From an uncultured Terriglobus sp. (GTDB lineage Bacteria > Acidobacteriota > Terriglobia > Terriglobales > Acidobacteriaceae), in assembly GCA_964246215.1 (NCBI GenBank), contig CAXTPQ010000005.1:39738-101816 (forward strand): a DNA stretch of 62,079 nucleotides, in the 5' to 3' direction. Positions 30,143-39,065 of the stretch are shown here, in pieces. The position numbers and the translations under genes were made by a program. Position 1 is the stretch's first letter. Every line of letters begins with the position of its first letter. The notes below the pieces were generated by a model. The model did no database searches, had not been told where the DNA came from, and saw nothing but the letters and a program-made list of their open reading frames with translations.

Positions 30143-33100
30143 TCGAGGATGCTGAAGCATCTGCAGGAGCTGCCGTGGGTTCCGGGAGATAGCCGTAGAG
30201 CAGATAGGGCTCCCGCCGCCGCCGGACATTCGCGAGATCAGTTTCCCATGCTGCGGCGATGTCGTGCGGGTCCTTGCCCGCATTTAGTGCATCCATGGTC
30301 GCCTGATTGAGAATCAGGTTCTTCGCTTTAGCGAACTGGAAAGCTTGCGGGTATTGCGCGTGCAATGCCGTGATCAACTCGATCCCAAATTCGGCGGCAT
30401 CAAAGCGTTGGCGGTCCGTGACCCGGAAGATGAGTCCGTGCACCGGCTGGCCCGCAAACGGGTAGGGCTTGGCAGGCGTGAAGCTGGTAGCGGCGATCTC
30501 GATCCCAGTCAGCTTGCGCGCGTTGAGCGTTGCGGCCAGCTGCTGTGCATCGGCGTCAGAGGCGATCCAGGCCGCACCAATCTGTTCAAAGGGCTTCTCT
30601 GTGCCGCGGCCGACGGAGATGTTGGTGAACTCAAGAAGGGCCAGACCGGGATAGAGCGTGGCGGCCTCCATGGTGCGCAGGTTGGGGCTGGGATTCACCC
30701 AGGGCAGGCCGGTTTGGTCATACCACAGGCCGCGCTGGTAGCCGCTCACGGGCACAACGGCCAGGTTTGCACCGAGGTGCCGCTCGCCGTTCACAAAGCG
30801 GGCAAACTCTCCCAGTGTCATGCCATGATGCGTCGGCTCGGACATGTAGTTGATGTAACTCTCTGTGCCCACGTCGCTGGTGGGCCCATTTACAACCACG
30901 CCGCTGATGAGCGCGGGCCGGTCCAGCACGATGACTTGCGGGTGGTTTGCTGCTTTCGCCACAGCCTCCAGAAAATATCCGACTACGGTTTCATACGTAT
31001 AGAACCGTTCACCTGCATCCTGCAAATCGATGAGGATGGCGTCGAGCTTTTCGAGGTCGGCGACCTTGGGGCGGTGGTCCTCCGGCTTGCTGCCGTAAAG
31101 GGAAAGGATCGGCAGCTTTGTTGGCCCGTCCACAGCGTTGCTGATGCCTTCCTTGTCCTCGGCCCCGGCAATGCCATGCTCGGGAGAGAAGAGCGTCGTG
31201 AGCCTGGCGTCTGGCAAGGTCTTCGGCAGGTCCTTTGCCAGGATGTCGATGGTGCGCCTGCCGTGTAGATCCACGCCGGTGTTATTGGTCAAAAGCCCGA
31301 TGCGGAGAGGTTTGTCTGGCCGCACAAGCCTTTTCAACTGCTGAAATTGCGCACGCTCTGAAACGTCAATGCCCGGCACCACCGCCTCGTCTACTCCGGA
31401 AACAAGCGTCTCGCACAACCCACCCTTTTCCAGGCTGTCGCTGCACCGGCCAACACCAAAGCCGATCTGGCCCGCAGGCGCTGTCCCATAAAGATAGAGC
31501 GCCTGCGCGGCGGCTGTGGCCACCTTGCCGCGCAGAGCCGAGATCGCCGGCCTTCCCCGTGGATGTATCGCGTTCGATAGCAAGATGACGTAGGTGTTGG
31601 AGCGCGGATCCATCCAGAGCGAGGTGCCGGTAAATCCAGTATGGCCGAAGCTGCCCACGGGAAAGACGGTGCCACGCGGGCGCGAGTAGGGGGAATCGAT
31701 GTCCCAGCCAAAGCCGCGCAGCCACTTGGCTCCAGACGGTTGCTCGGGCTGGCACATCAGGCGCAGCGTCTCCATCTTGAGTGGAAATGTACTTGGGCGA
31801 TCTGCAAGCCGGTCGAGCAGCGCCTGGGCAAACAGGCTCATATCGTGAACGTTGGAAAACGCGCCGGCATGCCCTGCCACACCGCCCATGCGGCGCGTGG
31901 TCGGGTCATGCACCGTGCCGCGCAGCAGTTCATCGTGCGTCATCGGCTTGTCGTCATTGTGGGCCGTGGGCGCGATCCGTGGGACCAGGCTTGCAGTGGG
32001 CAGGTACTGTGTTTGCGTCATCCCGAGCGGAGTAAAGATGTGCTTTGCCGCGTAGGCATCCAGCGGCTCGCCGCTGATCTTCTCCACCAGCGCACCCAGC
32101 GTGATGAAGTTGATATCGGAATACTTAAAGGTGACACCGGGCGGACCGTACGGCACCGATTCCATGGCACGGCGGATACCTTCAGCTTTACCGCTCCATA
32201 CATCGGTCAATTGCACGTCTTCGCGCAGGCCGGAGTAGTGCGTGAGCAGCTGCCGAATGGTGATGGTGCCCTTGCCATTGCTGGCGAAATCGGGCAGGTA
32301 TTTGGCAACAGGGTCGTCGAACTGCAGCTTGCCCTGCTCGTACAGTTGCATCACGGCAGTCGCGGTGGACAGGCATTTGGAGAGCGAGGCCATGTCGAAG
32401 ACGGTGTCTTCTGTCATGGGTTCAACAGCCGGCTCTAATGCACGGTCGCCGTAGGCGTGGTGATAGGCAATCTGTCCACCGTGGCCGACCACGAGCACCG
32501 CTCCGGGCAGTTCATTGTGCGCGATGGCCTCATTCAAAATGCGGTCGGTCTCGGTCCAGTCCGGAACAGTTTGCGCCTGGGAACCACGCGGTAGTGTTAT
32601 GCAGGCAAGCAGCATTGCGGCAGCGGCCAGCGCGGTACGTTTCTTCGGCAAAACGATACTGCAGATCGCGCCCACGGCAAAGGTCACGACCGAACCGATC
32701 AGCACGTACCAGGTGAATGCGACGTGGGTAACTTCATAGTAGAAAGTGCCTTTTGCCGTGGTGAGTGTGTAGCCGCTGTTCGCCGGTGTAAGCCAGAGAA
32801 AGAGGTTGAGAGCGAAGCCGCAGATCATGCCGAGGATGGCTCCTGTTTGTGTCGCAAAGCGGGTGAGTGTGCCCAGCAAAAAGACACCGAGCAGCGAGCC
32901 GTATGCGACCGAAGCAATGGACAGTCCTGTTTCGACGACGTGACCCTTGCCGCCGTGCAGCACGGAGTAAACAGCAATCGCAAACAGCACCAGAGCCCAG
33001 AAGACCGTGCTGACGCGTGAAAGCAGAGTGCGGGCGCGGTCCGTGCTGTCCGGTTTCAGCCGGAGATAAAAATCGACCACGGTCGTGGAAGAAAGGGAAT

Positions 33101-34139
33101 TGAGCGCAGCGGAAAGATTCGACATCGCTGCCGCAAGGATGGCCGCGACAAGCAGGCCGGCAACACCGGTCGGCATCTGCTGCACGATGAAGGCGGGAAA
33201 GATACGGTCAGCGGCATGCACGGTCTGTGCCTGTGGATGCTGCCCGTAAAAGACATAAAGCCCCGCGCCAATGATCAGGAAGAGCGTGAACTGCAGCAGG
33301 ACCACGCCGCCCGAGGCGAGCAGGGCAATGCGCGATTCGCGAAGGTTCCTGGCTGCAAGCAGCCGCTGCACCAGCAATTGATCTGTGCCGTGCGAGGCCA
33401 TGGTGAGGAAGGCACCGCCAAGAATCCCGGCCCAGAAGGTATACGTCGTGGTCAGGTTCAGGGTGAAGTCGAAGAGACGCAACTTGCCTGCGGCAGAGGT
33501 GGCGGCGTGGATTGCCGTCCAACCGCCATCTACTTTACTACCGAGCGTAAGGATCGCCACGATCGTTCCGGCGATGTAGAGAAACATCTGTACAACGTCG
33601 GTCCAGATGACGGCGGTCATGCCGCCCTCAAACGAGTAGAGCACTGTGAGCGCCGTGATGATGGCAATGCTTGCGATGTCGTTGGTGCCGATGGCAAGAC
33701 CGACCACGATGGAAACGGCAAAGACACGCACACCCTCTGCCGCGGCGCGCGTGAGCAGAAAGAGTCCGGCCGTGACCTTGTGCAGTACTGGACCGAAGCG
33801 CCGGTCGATCAGCTGATAGGCGGTGAAGAGCTCGCCCTGAAAATATCTCGGCAGAAAGAGCACGCAGATCACAATGCGGCCCACCATATAGCCGAGGACG
33901 AGTTGCAGGAAGGTGAAGTTACCACCGAAGGCGATGCCGGGCACGCTGATGATGGTGAGCGTGCTTGTCTCCGCCGAAACGATGGACAGCGCGATGGCCC
34001 ACCATGGCACATTGCGGCCAGCCAGAAAGTAGGTCGAAAGCGAATTGTCCGCTTTGCGGAAGCGCAGGCCGAAGATCGTGATGCCGATCAGATAGAGAGC
34101 GATGAGCGCGAGGTCGAATGCATGAAGCCGTGCCGGCAT
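30129..34139 (-). CDS. Fusion protein: sodium:solute symporter + beta-lactamase-family serine hydrolase (AmiE-like) + DUF1343/NamZ exo-beta-N-acetylmuramidase
   Basis: SSS motifs (YFLAGR, SAETST, GGMTAVIWTD, GTDQ..VQR, AAAMS); ASLSK (SxxK), YSDIN, GHTGFTG; LFSPEHG, DLQDAGERFYTY, LDRP, PSPNL, SVGRGT; one uninterrupted ORF. Confidence 0.88.
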   Translation of the reverse strand: MPARLHAFDLALIALYLIGITIFGLRFRKADNSLSTYFLAGRNVPWWAIALSIVSAETSTLTIISVPGIAFGGNFTFLQLVLGYMVGRIVICVLFLPRYFQGELFTAYQLIDRRFGPVLHKVTAGLFLLTRAAAEGVRVFAVSIVVGLAIGTNDIASIAIITALTVLYSFEGGMTAVIWTDVVQMFLYIAGTIVAILTLGSKVDGGWTAIHAATSAAGKLRLFDFTLNLTTTYTFWAGILGGAFLTMASHGTDQLLVQRLLAARNLRESRIALLASGGVVLLQFTLFLIIGAGLYVFYGQHPQAQTVHAADRIFPAFIVQQMPTGVAGLLVAAILAAAMSNLSAALNSLSSTTVVDFYLRLKPDSTDRARTLLSRVSTVFWALVLFAIAVYSVLHGGKGHVVETGLSIASVAYGSLLGVFLLGTLTRFATQTGAILGMICGFALNLFLWLTPANSGYTLTTAKGTFYYEVTHVAFTWYVLIGSVVTFAVGAICSIVLPKKRTALAAAAMLLACITLPRGSQAQTVPDWTETDRILNEAIAHNELPGAVLVVGHGGQIAYHHAYGDRALEPAVEPMTEDTVFDMASLSKCLSTATAVMQLYEQGKLQFDDPVAKYLPDFASNGKGTITIRQLLTHYSGLREDVQLTDVWSGKAEGIRRAMESVPYGPPGVTFKYSDINFITLGALVEKISGEPLDAYAAKHIFTPLGMTQTQYLPTASLVPRIAPTAHNDDKPMTHDELLRGTVHDPTTRRMGGVAGHAGAFSNVHDMSLFAQALLDRLADRPSTFPLKMETLRLMCQPEQPSGAKWLRGFGWDIDSPYSRPRGTVFPVGSFGHTGFTGTSLWMDPRSNTYVILLSNAIHPRGRPAISALRGKVATAAAQALYLYGTAPAGQIGFGVGRCSDSLEKGGLCETLVSGVDEAVVPGIDVSERAQFQQLKRLVRPDKPLRIGLLTNNTGVDLHGRRTIDILAKDLPKTLPDARLTTLFSPEHGIAGAEDKEGISNAVDGPTKLPILSLYGSKPEDHRPKVADLEKLDAILIDLQDAGERFYTYETVVGYFLEAVAKAANHPQVIVLDRPALISGVVVNGPTSDVGTESYINYMSEPTHHGMTLGEFARFVNGERHLGANLAVVPVSGYQRGLWYDQTGLPWVNPSPNLRTMEAATLYPGLALLEFTNISVGRGTEKPFEQIGAAWIASDADAQQLAATLNARKLTGIEIAATSFTPAKPYPFAGQPVHGLIFRVTDRQRFDAAEFGIELITALHAQYPQAFQFAKAKNLILNQATMDALNAGKDPHDIAAAWETDLANVRRRREPYLLYGYLPEPTAAPADASASSTKAH

Positions 34140-34146
34140 ACGAACG

Positions 34147-34152
34147 AGTGTA
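34147..34152 (-). promoter_or_regulatory. -10 element of a probable leaderless promoter of the fusion gene
   Basis: TACACT 7 nt before ATG 34139. Confidence 0.5.
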
Positions 34153-34179
34153 GGGGAGACGGCACGCCTGTTGCTGCGC

Positions 34180-35376
34180 TTATGCTCGCGAGAGATAGCC
34201 GCCGCGCAGAAGTGAACCTGCAAAGGTGCCGTCCGGTCCAAATAGATTCAGGTTTGCCTCCGCACCCTCACGAACGTCGCCCGTGCCGTCAGAGAGGCCC
34301 AGCAGCGCGGCAGGATTGCGCGTGGCAAGCCGCACGGCTGTCGCCAGGTCCGTGCCAGCAAAGCGTTGCAGATTGGCCACGGCGCGATCCATGGTCAGCA
34401 CGGAGCCGGCCAGCACACCGCTTGACCTGCAGACGCCGTCCTGCACCTCCACCTCCAGCTCACCGAGTTTGTAAGCCCCGTCCGGCATGCCGGTGGCTGC
34501 CATGCCGTCGGTCACCAGCAGCGCACGTTCCGGGCCTTTGCCGCGGAACCAGAGCCGCACCAACTCGGGTACAACGTGAATGCCATCGCAGATCAGTTCG
34601 GCATACAAGTCATGATCGTCGAGGACCACACCAAGGATGCCGGGCTCACGATGATCGAGCGCGCGCATGGCGTTAAAGGTATGTGTCGCCGAGATGGAGG
34701 GTGGCTCGCCGTCCAGCGTCCGGGAAGCCTGGCGAGCCGAAGCAATACCCGCGCGTGCTTCTGCCGCGAGCGCGTTGGAATGGCCGATGCTGAGGCGCAC
34801 GCCGCGTGTAGCCGCATGTGCCATCATCTCCGGCGCGCCAGGCAGCTCGGGTGCCACGGTCATGAGCCGGATATAGCCGCGAGCTGCTTGGTAAAAACGA
34901 TCGAAGAGCGCTACAGAGGGTGGCTGCAGTTGCGCGGCGGGGTGTACGCCGCGTTTCGCATGCGAGAGGAACGGTCCTTCCAGGTGGATGCCGACCGGCC
35001 GTGCTCCACCGGCTGCGGGGGCGGTCTCCATGGCGGCTGCAATCTGGTCAAGCGCCTGCAGTGTTGCGTCGACCGGTGCAGTCACGGTGGTCGCCAGAAA
35101 GCTCGTCGTGCCATAACGTGCGAGCATGCGGGCCACGCCGCTTACCGCATCCGGAGCGGGCTCCATCACGTCGCGTCCGCCCGCCCCGTGCACATGAATG
35201 TCGAGGAATCCCGCGGTGATGGTGTGCCCGGGAAGGTTCAGGGTTGCGGCGGGCTGGGTCATCTCCACCTGTGTGGCGATGCGGATGATGTGTCCGTTCT
35301 CCATGAGCAACAAAGGCCTGGGCACGATGGCATGTGCCGTGATCAGTGTTTCCGCAGCTACAGCCTGATAGGTCAT
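34180..35376 (-). CDS. nagA: N-acetylglucosamine-6-phosphate deacetylase
   Basis: DIHVHG, HLEGPF, HTFNAM, DGIH, VTD, LAGS. Confidence 0.92.
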   Translation of the reverse strand: MTYQAVAAETLITAHAIVPRPLLLMENGHIIRIATQVEMTQPAATLNLPGHTITAGFLDIHVHGAGGRDVMEPAPDAVSGVARMLARYGTTSFLATTVTAPVDATLQALDQIAAAMETAPAAGGARPVGIHLEGPFLSHAKRGVHPAAQLQPPSVALFDRFYQAARGYIRLMTVAPELPGAPEMMAHAATRGVRLSIGHSNALAAEARAGIASARQASRTLDGEPPSISATHTFNAMRALDHREPGILGVVLDDHDLYAELICDGIHVVPELVRLWFRGKGPERALLVTDGMAATGMPDGAYKLGELEVEVQDGVCRSSGVLAGSVLTMDRAVANLQRFAGTDLATAVRLATRNPAALLGLSDGTGDVREGAEANLNLFGPDGTFAGSLLRGGYLSRA

Positions 35377-37535
35377 TTTGTGGCGGAGCTCGGCGTTGTG
35401 GAAGGAATTACAGAGCCGGGCAGCGGGATGCCTAGTTCCGAAGCAGGCGGCAGCGTGCCTGAATCATTCCAGGCGCGCCGTGTGGCACGCACGCGGTCAC
35501 CGCGCGTGATCCATTTGTCGACCTCGATGGTGTAGCGCTCGCTCATGGTGTGCAGGTAATAAGGCCGATAGCTCTTTAGCCAGGCTTCCTCGTACAAGTC
35601 GCGCAGCATGCTGTAGTTGTTGCGCAGGTCTTCATACTTGCCCTGCACGGAATTCGGGTGTGCGATATCGCTGAGCGAACGGATGAGCTCGGCGCGGTCG
35701 GTGCGGACTTTGCTGCCCTGCAGGGCGTACGCACGCGCGTAGTCGGCGGCGACTTCATCGGCCACCTGAAACTTGAAGCCGATCATGTCCATGCGGCGCG
35801 CTCCAAGCTCCATCACGTCCAGAGCGTCCTGCTCGCGAAGAGTGTTGGCGGCCCGCGCCTCGCGCACCAGGATCAGCGCGCGTTCCGCATGCATGCGCAA
35901 GTCGTGCAGCATAGGCCGCAGCTTGGCTGTGATGCGCTGGCCTTCCGGTGTATAGGGATCGATCCAGAAGAGAAAGTCATTGGCATCGGCACCCTTGGTG
36001 TAGCTGTCCTTGAGGAGAAGATGTGCCGCGGTCAGCTCCTGCTCAGCCTGGTCGATTTTGCCGGTGGGGTCGCCGTGAAAAACACGGCCATAGCTGCGCT
36101 GAAAGGCGGGGATGGAACTTGAGCCTGGCTGCCATGCAGCCGCCGCACCGAAGAGCACACCGTACCAGTTGGCGTTGAAGAGCGCCTCGCCGTCATCATC
36201 CCACACGGTGTTGAGCTGGCCGGTGCATCCGGCGGCCTGGCCCTCGGCCGTGAAGCCCTGAATGTTCGGAAGGGCGAGGCTGTTGTCCGGAAAAACACGG
36301 TTCCAGTCGTTCACGCCAGGGGCGACCCAGCACTCCAGATTGGCGTTGGTGAAGGGCTTAATATACGGCGCAAAGGTTGGATGAGGGTTGTATTCCCAGG
36401 CTACGGCAACGACATTGCGCTTGAAATCTGGCGGCAGTGCCTTGACTAAATCCGGCTCGTGCATCGCGACGTCGCCCCAAAAGAGGAAGCGGCGGTTTAG
36501 CGGTTTCAGGTCGGTGACAATGCGCTGCAGAAAATCCAGATAGACGGGGCCAAGGCCGCGTGCATCCACGTCCGGTTTAGTGACGCCTTTGCCGAGGTCG
36601 AAGGTTTCATCGGCGCCTAGATGCAGAAAGGGACCGGGATAATCCCCGGCGAGCTGTGTGAACATGCGATGGATGAAAGGAAGAGCCCCCGGCGCGCTGG
36701 GTGCAATGACGTGGCCGTGCGGCGTTTCCGCCAGTGGCGCGTAGAGCTCGGTGTTGAGCATGTAATGGAGGTGCCCAAAGGCCTCCTGCTCCGGGATGAT
36801 CAGGACGTGGTACTTCGCGGCGTAATTGACCAGTTCGCGCGCTTCCGCCGGTGTGATGGACCCGCCCGGCGGTGCTGCCAAAGGATCGGACACATACTGC
36901 ATTGTGTTCTCGAAATATGGCGAGTAGACATTTGCCTTGTAAGCCGCGAGCGTGCGGATTTGCTTCTTCTGGAAGTCCAGCGTGGGCACAGGTCCGCGAG
37001 ATAGATCGTCGTGCAGGCCGCGGTACTTCATCGCGGGCCAATCGCGGATGGTGGTGATGTGCAGGGTTGCCGTTGCGCTGTTGCCGGGTGTGCTGTTTTC
37101 AACGAGCTGCTTGACCGTCTGCGTGCCATAGAAGATGCCGGCCGGCGTGGCCGCGATCACCGCGATGCCGTTGCCGCGCGGAACAATGGCGTAACCCTCT
37201 GCCTGCATCTCCGGGGTGATCTGCACAGAGCCCAGTGCCTCCCGTCCTGCTGCCGAGCCGGAGCGGAGCAGGGTGACACTCACCGGTGCGCCGTTGATCG
37301 AACGCAGACCCATCTCCTGCAACGATTGCGAGAGATCCCGTGCCGCGAAGCTGTCGTCAGCGTCGCAGTCTGTACATAGCACGCTCACGCCGTTGCTCAG
37401 CGGCAGGGTTCGTTCGGCATGGACTTCGCGGGGCGCCGGCAGAAGGGTAAGTTGAGCCGATGCAACAGGCAAAGGAAATAGGGCAGCGGCAGAGAGCATA
37501 GCGGCAATCAGTAGCCGGAACCGGCAGAGGGACAT
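35373..37535 (-). CDS. Secreted GH20 beta-N-acetylhexosaminidase
   Basis: Signal peptide, GH20b domain (EGY.I...GIFYG.QT..QL), IRDWP..YRG.HDD.SRG, catalytic HLGADE. Confidence 0.88.
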   Translation of the reverse strand: MSLCRFRLLIAAMLSAAALFPLPVASAQLTLLPAPREVHAERTLPLSNGVSVLCTDCDADDSFAARDLSQSLQEMGLRSINGAPVSVTLLRSGSAAGREALGSVQITPEMQAEGYAIVPRGNGIAVIAATPAGIFYGTQTVKQLVENSTPGNSATATLHITTIRDWPAMKYRGLHDDLSRGPVPTLDFQKKQIRTLAAYKANVYSPYFENTMQYVSDPLAAPPGGSITPAEARELVNYAAKYHVLIIPEQEAFGHLHYMLNTELYAPLAETPHGHVIAPSAPGALPFIHRMFTQLAGDYPGPFLHLGADETFDLGKGVTKPDVDARGLGPVYLDFLQRIVTDLKPLNRRFLFWGDVAMHEPDLVKALPPDFKRNVVAVAWEYNPHPTFAPYIKPFTNANLECWVAPGVNDWNRVFPDNSLALPNIQGFTAEGQAAGCTGQLNTVWDDDGEALFNANWYGVLFGAAAAWQPGSSSIPAFQRSYGRVFHGDPTGKIDQAEQELTAAHLLLKDSYTKGADANDFLFWIDPYTPEGQRITAKLRPMLHDLRMHAERALILVREARAANTLREQDALDVMELGARRMDMIGFKFQVADEVAADYARAYALQGSKVRTDRAELIRSLSDIAHPNSVQGKYEDLRNNYSMLRDLYEEAWLKSYRPYYLHTMSERYTIEVDKWITRGDRVRATRRAWNDSGTLPPASELGIPLPGSVIPSTTPSSATK

Positions 37536-37676
37536 GCAAGAAAGCTATACGAATCCCCCCTGTGCCGTAAGCGTGTGGGTATTTAGGGCGAGACCTGCCG
37601 GATTTGGTAGGCTTCTCTTGCCGTAGCTGCAATGCATGCGGCGTCGCGAGTTGCGCGATGGGAGTTTTGGCCGCAA

Positions 37677-39065
37677 ATGGCTCTGCACGAAGATCGTCTC
37701 TTCCCCTCTGACCCGGCTACCCGCCAAGTGGCGCGGCGTCTCTATGGCATCGCGCGCGACCTGCCGATTGTGAGTCCGCATGGACATACGGATCCCGCGT
37801 GGTTCGCGAAAAATGAGGCTTTTCCGAATCCCGCGGCGCTGCTGATTCAGCCGGATCACTATGTCTTCCGCATGCTGTACTCGCAGGGTGTTTCGTTGGA
37901 GTCGCTCGGCATTGGAGGTCATGCCGCAGACCCGCGCGAAGTGTGGCGAATCTTTGCCCGGAACTACTATCTTTTCCGGGGCACGCCGACCCGGTTGTGG
38001 CTCGATACAGTATTTGGTTCGATCTTTGGACTTGACGAGCGTTTGACCGAATCAAACGCGGACAGCTTTTACGAGGTGATCGAAAAGGCCCTGCAAACGC
38101 CGGAGTTCCGGCCTCGTGCCCTGTATAAGCGCTTCCGGTTAGAGGTGTTGGCGACGACCGATTCGCCGCTCGATTCTCTGGAGCACCATCGCGCGATCCG
38201 CGACTCCGGCTGGAAAGGCCGAGTGATCCCAACCTTTCGTCCTGATGCTGTGATCGACGCCGGCTTTCCAGGGTTCCGAGAAAATTTACAAAGGCTCGGT
38301 GAACTGACCGGCGAAGATGTGAGCGGCTATGCCGGTTATCTGGCCTCACTGCGTCAGCGGCGAACCTGCTTTCGCCAGATGGGTGCCACGGCTACAGATC
38401 ACGGCCATCTGACTGCCCAAACTGCGGACCTCTCCAGAACCGAAGCCGAGGCGCTCTACGCAAAGATTTTTCAAGGCACTGCCGATGTTCAAGATGCTGA
38501 GCTTTTCCAGGCGCAGATGCTGACGGAGATGGCCGGCATGAGTGTGGATGACGGCATGGTCATGCAGCTGCATCCCGGGTCTATCCGCAATCACAACACG
38601 GGGCTGTATGAGAAGTTCGGGCGTGACAAGGGTGCCGATATTCCCTCGTCAACCGAGTATGTGCGCGCGCTGCGTCCTTTGCTGAACAAGTTTGGCAATG
38701 AGCTGAACTTCACTCTCGTGCTATTTACGTTGGATGAGTCGGCCTACGCCCGCGAGCTGGCACCGCTGGCGGGACACTACCCCTGCCTGCGGCTCGGCCC
38801 GGCGTGGTGGTTTCATGACTCGCCGGAAGGCATGATGCGGTATCGCGAGCAGGTGACGGAGACAGCCGGCTTTTACAACACTGCTGGATTCAACGACGAC
38901 ACGCGCGCGTTCCTCTCCATCCCGGCGCGGCATGATGTAGCGCGGCGCATTGATGCCGCATACCTCGGACGGCTTGTGGCGGAGCACCGTTTGGACGAGG
39001 AAGAAGCCGTGGAGCTGATCCAGGACCTGACCGTGGGTCTGGCGCGAAAGGTGTACCGGCTGTGA
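37677..39065 (+). CDS. uxaC: Uronate (glucuronate) isomerase
   Basis: SPHGH, PDHY.FRML, TTD.P.D.L, WWFHDS, FNDDTRAF.SIPARHD. Confidence 0.95.
   Translation: MALHEDRLFPSDPATRQVARRLYGIARDLPIVSPHGHTDPAWFAKNEAFPNPAALLIQPDHYVFRMLYSQGVSLESLGIGGHAADPREVWRIFARNYYLFRGTPTRLWLDTVFGSIFGLDERLTESNADSFYEVIEKALQTPEFRPRALYKRFRLEVLATTDSPLDSLEHHRAIRDSGWKGRVIPTFRPDAVIDAGFPGFRENLQRLGELTGEDVSGYAGYLASLRQRRTCFRQMGATATDHGHLTAQTADLSRTEAEALYAKIFQGTADVQDAELFQAQMLTEMAGMSVDDGMVMQLHPGSIRNHNTGLYEKFGRDKGADIPSSTEYVRALRPLLNKFGNELNFTLVLFTLDESAYARELAPLAGHYPCLRLGPAWWFHDSPEGMMRYREQVTETAGFYNTAGFNDDTRAFLSIPARHDVARRIDAAYLGRLVAEHRLDEEEAVELIQDLTVGLARKVYRL

Noticed and set aside
31490-32570. Beta-lactam resistance gene
   Set aside because: The beta-lactamase fold is fused to NamZ and sits by nagA/GH20, which favours an AmiE-like amidase/esterase.
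33216-35535. 486-aa and 319-aa plus-strand ORFs
   Set aside because: Antisense to the fusion gene and nagA; no domain signal.
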